64,000 nt of DNA from NCBI GenBank assembly GCA_047605765.1, contig JASGFB010000002.1:6142-70141 (forward strand), read 5' to 3'. The DNA is from Rhodocyclaceae bacterium. Lineage in GTDB: Bacteria > Pseudomonadota > Gammaproteobacteria > Burkholderiales > Rhodocyclaceae. The notes under the pieces are model-generated. The model was not told the DNA's origin. It searched no databases and saw nothing but the letters and a program-made list of their open reading frames with translations. The first letter of the stretch is position 1. Every line of letters starts with the position of its first letter. The translations under genes were made by a program, and so were the position numbers. Below, one piece after another: positions 10,896 through 21,150 of this stretch.

Positions 10896-11951
10896 TTACA
10901 GCGCGGCGTCTACGCCAAGGCGCTGCGCCCACTCGCGCAGTCGCGCCACCACCTCGGGGGCCACTTCGACCCCCTCGGCCTGTGCCCGCGCGATATTGCG
11001 CGCCGTCTGCTCGCCAGGCATGCGCACTGGCCGCGTCTCATCGATGGGGGCGCTGGCGTGGCAGCGTGCCGTCAAGTCGTCCATGGTTGCGATGAATGCC
11101 TCGCGCCCGGCGAAGGCCTCCGGGTCGATCACTTGCAGATAGACGCTCCCTCCCCAACGCTTCTCGGAATCCTTGCGTCCGAAGCCGGACAAACCCTGCG
11201 TGAGGGCTTCGACCATCAAGGCCAGGCCGAAGCCCTTATGACCATATTCCAGCCCGCCCAACAGCAGGATGCTGCCACGGGGATCGCTCTGCTCGAGTAC
11301 GCGGGGGTCACGGCTGGCGGCGCCGTGGCCGTCGAGCAGCCAGGGTTCGGCGAGCATTTCGCCAGCGGCGGCTTTCTGACGCACCATCGACACGGTCGTG
11401 ATGGAGGCGCTGATGTCCACCAGCACCGGGGTGCGCGTGCCGGGATAGCCGATGGCGAACGGGTTGGGCGTGAACACCGGCTGACGGCCGCCATAGGGCG
11501 CCACGAAACCGAAGGCCGGATCGGAACTGGCCAGAATGGCGATGTAGCCGCGATCGACCGCCTGTTTGACGAGGCTGGCGAGGCAGGCGATGTGATGGCT
11601 GCGGCGCAGTGCGATGCTCACCATGCCGGCCTGCGGCAAGCGCTGGAAGGCCACGTTGAGCGCTTCGTCCACCAGCCACAGGCCGGGCAGGTAGCGGCCA
11701 TCCCACACCACGGTGCTGCCGTGATCGGCGATAACCTCCGGCTGCCCATGGGTGGCCATCAGCCCCTGGGCGATCTGATCGAGATAAAGCGGGCACAGCG
11801 CCACGCCGTGCGTGTGCCGGCCCATCATGTCGCCCAGCACCAGCAGTTCGGCCACGCGTTGCGCCTTGTCGTGTTCCAGTCCTGCCGCCTGCAAGAGGCG
11901 CTGCGCCAGCATGGTCAGACCGCTGCCGTCGAAGCGGGGTGTATCGCTCAT
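10896..11951 (-). CDS. Ldh_2-family (type 2 malate/L-lactate dehydrogenase-like) oxidoreductase
   Basis: GRHTHG, SHHIACL, VAPYGG...FTPNP, GHKGFGLALMVEAL and VRMPGE. Confidence 0.85.
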   Translation of the reverse strand: MSDTPRFDGSGLTMLAQRLLQAAGLEHDKAQRVAELLVLGDMMGRHTHGVALCPLYLDQIAQGLMATHGQPEVIADHGSTVVWDGRYLPGLWLVDEALNVAFQRLPQAGMVSIALRRSHHIACLASLVKQAVDRGYIAILASSDPAFGFVAPYGGRQPVFTPNPFAIGYPGTRTPVLVDISASITTVSMVRQKAAAGEMLAEPWLLDGHGAASRDPRVLEQSDPRGSILLLGGLEYGHKGFGLALMVEALTQGLSGFGRKDSEKRWGGSVYLQVIDPEAFAGREAFIATMDDLTARCHASAPIDETRPVRMPGEQTARNIARAQAEGVEVAPEVVARLREWAQRLGVDAAL

Positions 11952-12079
11952 GTCCGTCTCCGTCCGTTGTCGAAAACGGACTACGCTAAGCGCGCCTGCG
12001 CCGATGGCGCTTGCCGCAGGACAGGAACATGTGCATCCGGCCTGACACGCCATGTCCAGGCATGCGTGTCAGGCCGGGT

Positions 12080-13069
12080 TCAGGGCTCGTTGCGCAGGGC
12101 CGTTTCCAGCGCCACGGCGGAGCCCGTCAATGCCGGGTACTTGGCGGTGATGACGAAGGTCGGGATGCGCGACAGGTACTGCGAAAAACGGCCCTTGTTT
12201 TCGAAGCGCGCGCGGAAGGGGGATTTGACGAAGAAATCGCCCAGTTTGGGCACGATGCCGCCGCCGATAAAGATCCCGCCGAAGGCGCCGAGGGTGAGCG
12301 CGAGGTCTGCCGCCGAGGTGGCCAGCAAGGCGCAGAACATGTTGCAGGTGTCCACGCACAGTTTGTCGGTGCCGTGCACGGCGCGTTCGGTGATCTCGGG
12401 GGCTTCCAGCGGTTCGACGCTGCCGCCGCGTACTTCGGCCAGGGCCTGGTAGAGCGCCGTCATGCCGGGGCCCGACACGGCGCGTTCGGCCGACACGTGC
12501 TCATAGCGGCGCATGAGGGCGGACAGCACTGCCAGCTCCTCGTCCGATTGCCCCGTCAGCGTGACGTGGCCGCCTTCGCCCTGCAGCGGCGCGTAATGGC
12601 CGCCCGGATAGGGAATCAGGCCGGACACGCCGAGGCCTGTTCCCGGCCCGATGACGCCGATGGGCGCGCCTTTTTGCGCCTGCCCGCCACCGACCTGGAA
12701 ACGTTCGTCCTCGCCCAGATGCGGCAGGGACAAAGCCAGCGCGGTGAAGTCGTTGATGAAGACGAGCTTGCGCAGGCCAGCGGCCTGACGTTCGGCCTCG
12801 ATGGAAAACGCCCACGAGTGATTGGTCATGCGGATGGCATCACCGGTCACCGGGTTGGCGATCCCTGCTGCCGCTGCGCAAGGTGTGGGCAGGCTGTGGC
12901 GGGCGAGGTAGGCTTTGATGGCCGCTGCCGGGCCCGGATAGTCGGCGCAGGCGAGGGTGTCGATGTGGCTGAGCGCCGCGCCGGGGGCGGCGAGGGTGGC
13001 AAAGCGCGCATTGGTGCCGCCAATGTCGCCCACCAGCTGTGGGTAGGTGCCGTTATCGGTCGTATGCAT
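12080..13069 (-). CDS. glk: Glucokinase (stand-alone)
   Basis: GDIGGTNARF, INDF, GPGTGLG, GEGGH and SAERAVSGPG. Confidence 0.93.
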   Translation of the reverse strand: MHTTDNGTYPQLVGDIGGTNARFATLAAPGAALSHIDTLACADYPGPAAAIKAYLARHSLPTPCAAAAGIANPVTGDAIRMTNHSWAFSIEAERQAAGLRKLVFINDFTALALSLPHLGEDERFQVGGGQAQKGAPIGVIGPGTGLGVSGLIPYPGGHYAPLQGEGGHVTLTGQSDEELAVLSALMRRYEHVSAERAVSGPGMTALYQALAEVRGGSVEPLEAPEITERAVHGTDKLCVDTCNMFCALLATSAADLALTLGAFGGIFIGGGIVPKLGDFFVKSPFRARFENKGRFSQYLSRIPTFVITAKYPALTGSAVALETALRNEP

Positions 13070-13159
13070 GCTGTCTCCTCGTGCTCGGTGGCCAAACGCA
13101 CCCGGTCGGGCGCGATAGGGTGCTGCGCTGCGCGGAAGCGGCAATCCTGCCGCGTCATG

Positions 13160-14617
13160 TCATTCTTCTTCGGCCCACATCAGGCCGTCGCGGCCCGCCA
13201 GGGCGCTCGATGCGGCCGGGCCCCAGGTGCCCGCAGTATAGGGTTTGGGGCGCTCGGGCGACTCGGCCCAGGCATCGAGGATCGGTTCGACCCAGCGCCA
13301 GGCGGCTTCCTGTTCGTCACGCCGCACGAACAGGGTGAGGTTGCCGCGCAGTGCATCCATCAGCAGGCGCTCGTAGGCTTCCAGGCGCCGGCTGCGGAAG
13401 GCTTCGGAAAAATCCAGATCGAGCGCTACCGGTTCGAGCCGCATGACATCGCCAGGTTCCTTGGCCATCATGTGGAGCATCACGGTCTCGTTCGGCTGCA
13501 TCTGGATTACCAGCCGGTTGGCGAAGCGGTGAAAGGCGCCGCGCCCGAAGATCGAATGCGGTACCTCGCGGAAATTGATGACGATCTCGGCCAGCCGCTC
13601 CTGCAGCCGCTTGCCGGTGCGCAGATAGAACGGCACCCCGGCCCAGCGCCATGAATCGATTTCGGCCTTGATGGCGACGAAGGTCTCGGTACGGCTGCCG
13701 GCCGGGATGCCGGCCTCGTCCAGGTAACCGCCCACCGGCAAGCCATTGATGGCGCCGGCGCGGTACTGGCCGCGCACGGTCTTGGTGGTGACGTCGGCCT
13801 GTGTGATGGGCTTGAGCGCGCGCAGCACCTTGAGCTTTTCGTCGCGCACGGCGTCGGGCGCGATCGAGGCGGGCGGCTCCATTGCCACGATGCACAGCAG
13901 TTGCAGGATGTGGTTCTGCACCATGTCGCGCAGCGCGCCGGTCTTGTCATAGAACTCGCCGCGCGATTCGACGCCCAGCTTCTCGGCCACGGTGATCTGC
14001 ACATCGCGTACCCACTCGCGCCGCCACAGCGGTTCGAACAGGCTGTTGCCGAAGCGCAGGGCGAGCAGATTCTGCACCGGCTCCTTGCCCAGGTAGTGGT
14101 CGATGCGAAAGATCTGCGCTTCGCCGAAATAGGCGCCGACCTCATCGTTGATGGCGCGCGATGAAGCCAGGTCGAACCCGAGTGGCTTTTCGAGGATCAC
14201 ACGGCTGTGCTCATCGACTAGGCCGGCCTGCGAGAGGTTGCGGCAGATGGCGGCGAACAGACTGGGCGCGGTCGACAGGTAATACACGCGCGGGGCACCA
14301 TTGGCTTCGAGCAGGCCCTTGAGCGGTATGAAACTTGATGGGTCGGTGGCGTCGACGAAACTGTATTGGATGCGCTCGGCGAAGCTCGACCAGGCGCTTT
14401 CGGTCAGCAGGTCGCCCACAAAGCGTTTGGCATGGGTGTGGGCCATGGCCAGGTAATCGTCGCGGCCAAGGGCATCGCGAGCCAGTCCGACGATGCGCGA
14501 TGCGGCGGGCAACATACCGTCCGCATGCAGATGGAACAGCGCCGGCAGCAGCTTGCGCATGACAAGGTCGCCGGTGGCGCCAAAGAGCACGACATCGGGC
14601 GCGCGTGAATCGATCAT
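13160..14617 (-). CDS. zwf: Glucose-6-phosphate 1-dehydrogenase
   Basis: [20 protein letters not shown] and RDMVQNH. Confidence 0.96.
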   Translation of the reverse strand: MIDSRAPDVVLFGATGDLVMRKLLPALFHLHADGMLPAASRIVGLARDALGRDDYLAMAHTHAKRFVGDLLTESAWSSFAERIQYSFVDATDPSSFIPLKGLLEANGAPRVYYLSTAPSLFAAICRNLSQAGLVDEHSRVILEKPLGFDLASSRAINDEVGAYFGEAQIFRIDHYLGKEPVQNLLALRFGNSLFEPLWRREWVRDVQITVAEKLGVESRGEFYDKTGALRDMVQNHILQLLCIVAMEPPASIAPDAVRDEKLKVLRALKPITQADVTTKTVRGQYRAGAINGLPVGGYLDEAGIPAGSRTETFVAIKAEIDSWRWAGVPFYLRTGKRLQERLAEIVINFREVPHSIFGRGAFHRFANRLVIQMQPNETVMLHMMAKEPGDVMRLEPVALDLDFSEAFRSRRLEAYERLLMDALRGNLTLFVRRDEQEAAWRWVEPILDAWAESPERPKPYTAGTWGPAASSALAGRDGLMWAEEE

Positions 14618-14721
14618 GAAAAATCCTGTTGTCCTTGACGGGACGGCATACGTGGCAAAAACGGCTCAGGGCAGTATAGGAAGGAAAACTACACCGTCAC
14701 AACGCCGTGTTTGGGTATACG

Positions 14722-14736
14722 TGTAGCTGTATTACA
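14722..14736. promoter_or_regulatory. HexR-type operator (zwf side)
   Basis: TGTAGCTGTATTACA fits TGTAR-N5-YTACA. Confidence 0.65.
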
Positions 14737-14874
14737 TTGCATTTGTACGTGTGCCAGCGCGGTGGATGCGGCGTTTTTATGGCTGCATCTCTCGTCAAAT
14801 CATAGGCTTGAGCCTTGTTTTTGCTGGACTATTCATAAAACTGTTCCAGCGATAAATTCTTGTTGCGGTCTGTA

Positions 14875-14889
14875 TGTAGTGATACTACA
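14875..14889. promoter_or_regulatory. HexR-type operator (edd side)
   Basis: TGTAGTGATACTACA palindrome. Confidence 0.7.
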
Positions 14890-14937
14890 CTGCGTGCAGG
14901 CTAATTGATGTTAATCAACTAGCGAGCGAAAGCCAGC

Positions 14938-16764
14938 ATGAGCACTCACAGCCAAGTACTGGAAGTCACCCAACGCATCATCGAGCGCAGCCGCGAGCGG
15001 CGGGCGCGTTACCTGGCCCGTCTCGATGCGGCGGTTCCGCATTCGCCATACCGGGGCCAACTGTCGTGCACCAATCTTGCGCATGGCTTTGCGGCCAGTC
15101 CGCAGGAAGACAAGTTGCGCATCATGGCGCTGCGCGCGCCCAACATCGGCATCGTCACGGCCTACAACGACATGCTGTCGGCCCACCAGCCGTTCGGTGT
15201 GTTCCCGGACATCATCAAGAGCGCCGCCCGCGAAGTGGGCGCCACCGCGCAGGTCGCAGGGGGCGTGCCGGCAATGTGCGATGGCATCACGCAAGGCCAG
15301 CCGGGCATGGAACTGTCCCTGTTCTCGCGTGACGTCATCGCCATGTCGACGGCGGTGTCGCTGTCGCACAACATGTTCGATGCCGCCCTGTGCCTGGGCA
15401 TTTGCGACAAGATTGTCCCCGGCCTGCTCATCGGTGCCTTGCGTTTCGGGCATCTGCCCTTCATTTTCGTGCCCGCCGGCCCCATGCCGTCGGGGATTCC
15501 CAACGAAATGAAGGCCAAGGTGCGCCAGCGCTATGCCGCAGGCGAGGTCGGCATGGACGCGCTGCTCGAATCCGAATCGCAGTCGTACCACGCGCCTGGC
15601 ACGTGTACTTTCTACGGCACCGCCAACAGCAACCAGATGCTGATGGAGATCATGGGCCTGCATCTGCCCAATGCCGCCTTTGTCCATCCCGGTACGCCGC
15701 TGCGCGAAGCGCTGACGCGCGCCGCCGCACAGCGCGCCGTGGCCATCACGCGCGAGAGTGCCGAATTCACGCCGATCGGCCGGGTCATCGACGAACGCGC
15801 CATCGTCAATGGCATTGTCGGCCTGCTGGCCACGGGTGGCTCCACCAACCACACCCTGCACCTCGTGGCGGTGGCCCGCGCCGCCGGCATTCTCATCGAC
15901 TGGAGCGATTTCGAAGCGCTCTCGCACGTGGTGCCGCTGCTGGCCAAGGTGTATCCAAACGGCTCGGCCGACGTCAATCAATTCCAGGACGCCGGTGGCG
16001 TGGGCTTCCTGATTCGCGAGCTGCTGTCAGCGGGTTTGCTGTACGCGGACGTCAACACGGTGGTGGGTCGCGGGCTGGAAGCCTACACGCAACTGCCGCA
16101 GCTCGATGGCAGCGGCAAACTGGTGTGGCATGCGGCGCCGGCCGCCAGCGGTGACCCGGCGGTACTGGCTACGGCTGCCCAGCCGTTCAGCCCGGATGGC
16201 GGCTTGCGCTTGCTGCAGGGCAACCTGGGGCGCGCCGTCATCAAGATCTCCGCCGTCAAGCCGCAGCACCGGCTGGTGCGTGCACCGGCCCGCGTCTTCG
16301 ATGGTCAGGAACAGCTCATCGCCGCCTATAAGGCAGGCGAGCTGACCGAGAACTTTGTCGCCGTCATCCGCTTCCAGGGGCCGCAGGCCAATGGCATGCC
16401 CGAACTGCACCAACTCACGCCGACATTGGCCAACATCCTGGACAAGGGCCTGATGACGGCTCTGGTCACCGATGGGCGCATGTCGGGTGCTTCCGGCAAG
16501 GTACCGGCCGCCATCCACGTGACACCCGAGGCGGCCGCTGGCGGCCCGCTCGCGCGCGTGCGCAGCGGTGACATGGTGGTGCTCGATGCCGAAGCCGGCC
16601 AGCTCTACGTCGAGGTGCCCGCCGCTGAATTCGATGCCCGCACGCCCGATGGGTTCGACGTGGCCGCACAGCAATACGGGCTCGGTCGCGATCTGTTCGG
16701 CAACTTCCGCCGCACGGTGAGCGGTGCCGAGCAGGGCGCATCGGTGCTGACGCTCGAAGACTGA
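14938..16764 (+). CDS. edd: Phosphogluconate dehydratase
   Basis: [30 protein letters not shown] and [10 protein letters not shown]. Confidence 0.96.
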   Translation: MSTHSQVLEVTQRIIERSRERRARYLARLDAAVPHSPYRGQLSCTNLAHGFAASPQEDKLRIMALRAPNIGIVTAYNDMLSAHQPFGVFPDIIKSAAREVGATAQVAGGVPAMCDGITQGQPGMELSLFSRDVIAMSTAVSLSHNMFDAALCLGICDKIVPGLLIGALRFGHLPFIFVPAGPMPSGIPNEMKAKVRQRYAAGEVGMDALLESESQSYHAPGTCTFYGTANSNQMLMEIMGLHLPNAAFVHPGTPLREALTRAAAQRAVAITRESAEFTPIGRVIDERAIVNGIVGLLATGGSTNHTLHLVAVARAAGILIDWSDFEALSHVVPLLAKVYPNGSADVNQFQDAGGVGFLIRELLSAGLLYADVNTVVGRGLEAYTQLPQLDGSGKLVWHAAPAASGDPAVLATAAQPFSPDGGLRLLQGNLGRAVIKISAVKPQHRLVRAPARVFDGQEQLIAAYKAGELTENFVAVIRFQGPQANGMPELHQLTPTLANILDKGLMTALVTDGRMSGASGKVPAAIHVTPEAAAGGPLARVRSGDMVVLDAEAGQLYVEVPAAEFDARTPDGFDVAAQQYGLGRDLFGNFRRTVSGAEQGASVLTLED

Positions 16765-16939
16765 GCCCCTTAAGGGGCTGCGCGCCGGTCGTCCGAGCGG
16801 GCGCCGGCGCGGCAACACAATAAATGACTCCGGCATGAGTCGGGGCTGGCCGGTTCCAGGCCGCTTCGTGCCTTCAGGCGAAGCGAAAGAGCGTGACAGG
16901 GCGCCCCCGGCGCCGTGCAAACCCAAAGGAGCTACGACG

Positions 16940-18184
16940 ATGAAGAGACTGAAGCTGGCCGCTGCCGCGGTAGCCGTATTCGGTGCGTGCGCGGCAGCGC
17001 AGGCGGCCGAGATCGAAGTGCTGCACTGGTGGACCTCGGGCGGTGAAGCCAAATCGGCTGCCGAGCTGAAGAAAATGCTCGAGGCCAAGGGCGACAAGTG
17101 GAAGGACTTCGCCGTCGCGGGCGGGGGGGGCGAGAACGCCATGACGGTACTCAAGAGCCGTGTGGTGTCGGGCAAGGCGCCGACCGCCGCGCAGGTGAAG
17201 GGCCCCAGCATCCAGGAATGGGGCACCGAAGGGGTGCTCGCCAATCTCGATCCGATCGCCAAGGCCGGCAACTGGGATGCCCTGCTGCCCGGTGTTGTTG
17301 CGAATGTCATGAAATACAAGGGCAACTACGTGGCGGTGCCGGTGAATGTGCACCGCGTGAACTGGATGTGGGTGAATCCGGAAGTCTTCAAGAAAGCCGG
17401 TGCCACGGTGCCCAAGACCTGGGCTGATTTTCCTGCCGCCGCTGAAAAACTGCAGAAGGCCGGCTTCGTTCCGGTGGCCCATGGTGGCCAGCCGTGGCAG
17501 GATTTCACCGTCTTCGAATCGGTCGTGTTGGGCGTTGGCGGCCCCAAGTTCTACCAGGACACGCTGGTCAAGCTCGACCAGAAGGCGCTGACCAGCCCGA
17601 CCATGGAGAAAGCCTTCGACACCTTCCGCCAGGTGCGCAAGTACGTCGACAAGGACGCCGCCAACCGCGACTGGAACCTCGCCACCGCCATGATCATCAA
17701 TGGCAAGGCCGGCATGCAGTTCATGGGTGACTGGGCCAAGGGCGAATTCACTGCCGCCGGTAAAAAGCCGGGCACCGACTACCTGTGCCTGCCGGCGCCG
17801 GGCACCGAGCATGCCTTCACCTTCAACATCGACAGCTTCATCATCTTCAAGCAATCCGGTGCCGATGCGAAGAAGGCGCAGTCCGACTTTGTCACGGCGG
17901 TGATGAGCCCCGAGTTCCAGGAAGTCTTCAACCTCAACAAGGGCTCGATCCCGGTGCGCAGCGGCGTGTCGATGGACAAGTTCGACGATTGCGCCAAGCA
18001 GTCGGCCAAGGACTTCTCCGACGATGCCAAGTCCGGCTCACTGGTGCCTTCGATCGCGCACCAGATGGCCGTGCCAGCGGCCACCACCGGGGCCATGCAG
18101 GACGTGGTGACGGCGTTCTTCAATTCGAATCAGTCGTCCAAGGACGCCGTGGCCAAGCTGGCCGCCGCAGCCAAGACCAAGTAA
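16940..18184 (+). CDS. gtsA: Glucose/mannose ABC transporter substrate-binding protein (GtsA-like)
   Basis: Signal peptide then EVLHWWTSGGE, VAGGGG, PVNVHRVNW and MGDWAKGEF. Confidence 0.85.
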   Translation: MKRLKLAAAAVAVFGACAAAQAAEIEVLHWWTSGGEAKSAAELKKMLEAKGDKWKDFAVAGGGGENAMTVLKSRVVSGKAPTAAQVKGPSIQEWGTEGVLANLDPIAKAGNWDALLPGVVANVMKYKGNYVAVPVNVHRVNWMWVNPEVFKKAGATVPKTWADFPAAAEKLQKAGFVPVAHGGQPWQDFTVFESVVLGVGGPKFYQDTLVKLDQKALTSPTMEKAFDTFRQVRKYVDKDAANRDWNLATAMIINGKAGMQFMGDWAKGEFTAAGKKPGTDYLCLPAPGTEHAFTFNIDSFIIFKQSGADAKKAQSDFVTAVMSPEFQEVFNLNKGSIPVRSGVSMDKFDDCAKQSAKDFSDDAKSGSLVPSIAHQMAVPAATTGAMQDVVTAFFNSNQSSKDAVAKLAAAAKTK

Positions 18185-18242
18185 GCGCCTGTGTTGTACG
18201 GCGCGCGGCTGTGGCCGCGCGCCGATGTCCCGGAGTCGATCG

Positions 18243-19169
18243 ATGTCTGATTCGGTTGCAATCCCGCCGCCCGCGCGCACGCGCGGCGGTGGTCTGATGG
18301 ACGCCGTCGAGGGCGCTTTGCCCAAGATCGTCCTGGCGCCCACCTTCGTGGTGTGCGTGGTGTTCTTCTACGGCTTCATCCTGTGGACGGCGGTGCTGTC
18401 GATGACGCCGTCGCGCATGCTGCCCAACTACGAATTCATCGGCTTTGAACAGTACGTGACGCTGTTTACCAATGACCGTTGGTGGCTGGCGTTGAAGAAT
18501 CTGGCCATTTTCGGCGGTCTGTTCATATTCCTGTGCCTCGCCGTCGGCCTGTTCCTTGCCATTCTGCTGGATCAGCGCATCCGCGCCGAGGGCTTCATCC
18601 GTTCGATCTTCCTGTATCCGATGGCGTTGTCGTTCATCGTTACCGGCACCGCCTGGAAGTGGATTCTCGATCCCAGCATCGGGCTGGAGAAGGTTCTCCA
18701 TGATCTGGGCTGGACGGCATTCTCGTTCGATTGGATCAAGGACCCGGATATGGCGATCTATACCGTCGTCATTGCCGGCATCTGGCAGTCGTCGGGCTTC
18801 GTGATGGCCCTGTTCCTGGCTGGGCTGCGCGGCATCGATGACAGCATCATCAAGGCCGCCAAGGTCGATGGCGCGTCGATGCCGACGATCTATCGCCGCA
18901 TCATCCTGCCCAGCCTGCGGCCGGTGTTCTTTTCGTCGTTCATGATCCTGGCCCACATCGCCATCAAGAGCTTCGATCTGGTGATGGCGCTGACCGGCGG
19001 CGGGCCGGGCTTCTCGACCGACCTGCCGGCCACCTTCATGTACGCCTTCTCGTTTACGCGCAACCAGATCGGGCTGGGCGCGGCGTCTTCGATCATCATG
19101 CTGATGATCGTGGTGTCGGTCATCGTGCCCTTCATGTACTCGGAACTGCGGAGGGCCTACCGTGGGTGA
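18243..19169 (+). CDS. gtsB: Sugar ABC transporter permease (GtsB-like)
   Basis: Hydrophobic segments; EAA-like motif KAAKVDGAS. Confidence 0.85.
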   Translation: MSDSVAIPPPARTRGGGLMDAVEGALPKIVLAPTFVVCVVFFYGFILWTAVLSMTPSRMLPNYEFIGFEQYVTLFTNDRWWLALKNLAIFGGLFIFLCLAVGLFLAILLDQRIRAEGFIRSIFLYPMALSFIVTGTAWKWILDPSIGLEKVLHDLGWTAFSFDWIKDPDMAIYTVVIAGIWQSSGFVMALFLAGLRGIDDSIIKAAKVDGASMPTIYRRIILPSLRPVFFSSFMILAHIAIKSFDLVMALTGGGPGFSTDLPATFMYAFSFTRNQIGLGAASSIIMLMIVVSVIVPFMYSELRRAYRG

Positions 19170-20031
19170 CATCGACAAACCGCGCATGGGCCTGGGCCGC
19201 ATCGTGATGTATGCGGTGCTGATCTACTGCGTGCTGTATTACCTGCTGCCGCTGACGGTGATGCTGTTCAACTCGATCAAGCCGCTGGATGAGCTGAAAG
19301 CCGGTAACGTCATGAGCTTTCCGCACAGCGTCACCTTCGAGCCGTGGCTCAAGGCCTGGAACACCGCATGCACCGGCGTGCAGTGCGAGGGCATGAAGGG
19401 CTACTTCTGGAACTCGGTGTCCTTCGTGGTGCCGGGCGTGCTGATCTCGACACTGGTGGGCGCCTTCAATGGCTACGTGCTGACGATGTGGCGCTTCCGC
19501 GGCTCGGACGTCCTCTTCATGGCGCTGATGCTGGGCTGCTTCATTCCGTTCCAGTCGATCCTGCTCCCGATGGCACGCACGCTCGGCATGCTGGGGATCG
19601 CCCAGTCGGTGGGCGGGCTGATCTTCGTGCATGTGGTGTATGGCATCGCCTTCACGACGCTGTTCTTCCGCAACTACTACGTGACCATCCCCGACGAGTT
19701 GGTCAAGGCCGCGCGCATCGATGGGGCCGGGTTCATCCGCATCTTCCATCGCATCGTCCTGCCGCTGTCCGGGCCGATCATCGTGGTGACCATCATCTGG
19801 CAGTTCACGCAGATCTGGAACGACTTCCTGTTCGGCGTGGTGTTCTCGTCGGGTGATTCGCAGCCCATCACGGTGGCGCTCAACAACCTGGTGAACACGT
19901 CCACCGGCGTCAAGGAATACAACGTCGACATGGCCGCCGCAGTGATCGCGGCGCTGCCTACGCTGTTCGTCTACATCGTGGCCGGCAAGTACTTTGTGCG
20001 CGGGCTGACCGCTGGCGCGGTAAAGGGGTAA
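19162..20031 (+). CDS. gtsC: Sugar ABC transporter permease (GtsC-like)
   Basis: ELVKAARIDGAG, WQFTQIWNDFLFG and FVRGLTAGAVKG. Confidence 0.85.
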   Translation: MGDIDKPRMGLGRIVMYAVLIYCVLYYLLPLTVMLFNSIKPLDELKAGNVMSFPHSVTFEPWLKAWNTACTGVQCEGMKGYFWNSVSFVVPGVLISTLVGAFNGYVLTMWRFRGSDVLFMALMLGCFIPFQSILLPMARTLGMLGIAQSVGGLIFVHVVYGIAFTTLFFRNYYVTIPDELVKAARIDGAGFIRIFHRIVLPLSGPIIVVTIIWQFTQIWNDFLFGVVFSSGDSQPITVALNNLVNTSTGVKEYNVDMAAAVIAALPTLFVYIVAGKYFVRGLTAGAVKG

Positions 20032-20040
20032 GGGATACAC

Positions 20041-21150
20041 ATGGGTGCACTTTCGATTCGCAAGGTCCGCAAGTCGTACGGCTCAACGGAGATCCTCAAG
20101 GGGATCGACCTGGACATCGCCGATGGCGAATTCCTGATCCTGGTGGGGCCATCCGGATGCGGCAAGTCGACACTGCTGTCGATGATCGCCGGCCTGGACA
20201 GCATCACGGCGGGCGACATCCATATCGCCGGGCGCCGCGTCAATGAGCTCTCGCCCAAGGACCGGGACATCGCCATGGTGTTCCAGTCGTACGCGCTGTA
20301 TCCCTCGATGACGGTGCGCGAGAATATTTCCTTCGGACTGGAAATCCGCAAGGTGCCGGTGGCCGAGCGCGAAGCGGCGGTCGCCAAGGTGGCGCAGATC
20401 CTGCAGATCGAACATCTGCTCGACCGGCGCCCCTCGCAGTTGTCCGGCGGCCAACGCCAGCGCGTGGCGATGGGCCGTGCCATCGCGCGCAATCCGGCCT
20501 TGTTCCTGTTCGATGAACCCTTGTCGAATCTGGACGCCAAGCTGCGCGTCGAAATGCGCACCGAAATCAAGCTGCTTCATCAGCGCCTGGGCACCACCAT
20601 CGTGTACGTCACGCACGATCAGATCGAAGCGATGACGCTGGGCGACAAGATCGCTGTCATGAAAGCGGGCGAGGTGCAGCAGTTCGGCACGCCGCAGCAG
20701 ATCTACGACAATCCGGCCAATCTCTTCGTGGCTGGCTTCATGGGCTCACCCTCGATGAACTTCATCAAGGCGCGCGTCGACGACATGGGCAGCGGCTACG
20801 GGTTGGCGCTGGAGAACGACGGCGAGCACTTCGTGTTCCCGGCAGTCAATGCCAACGGTGCGATGAAATCCTGGCTGGGGCGAGAGATCATTTTCGGCAT
20901 TCGTCCCGAGCAGATCACGCAGGTGGCCGAAGGGCAGCTCAATGGCCACGTCGTGCGCCAGGCGCTCAAGATCGACATTACCGAACCGACCGGGCCCGAC
21001 ACGCTGGTGCTGGCGCACGTGAACGGCGCCAAGCTGACCTGCCGTGTGCATCCGGGATACGCGGCGCGACCGGGCGAGCGCATGCCCTTGCAGTTCGATC
21101 TGTCCAAGGCGGTGTACTTCGACCCGGCCACGGAGCAAAGAATCAACTGA
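20041..21150 (+). CDS. gtsD: Sugar ABC transporter ATPase (MalK/GtsD-like)
   Basis: [16 protein letters not shown] and [13 protein letters not shown]. Confidence 0.9.
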   Translation: MGALSIRKVRKSYGSTEILKGIDLDIADGEFLILVGPSGCGKSTLLSMIAGLDSITAGDIHIAGRRVNELSPKDRDIAMVFQSYALYPSMTVRENISFGLEIRKVPVAEREAAVAKVAQILQIEHLLDRRPSQLSGGQRQRVAMGRAIARNPALFLFDEPLSNLDAKLRVEMRTEIKLLHQRLGTTIVYVTHDQIEAMTLGDKIAVMKAGEVQQFGTPQQIYDNPANLFVAGFMGSPSMNFIKARVDDMGSGYGLALENDGEHFVFPAVNANGAMKSWLGREIIFGIRPEQITQVAEGQLNGHVVRQALKIDITEPTGPDTLVLAHVNGAKLTCRVHPGYAARPGERMPLQFDLSKAVYFDPATEQRIN

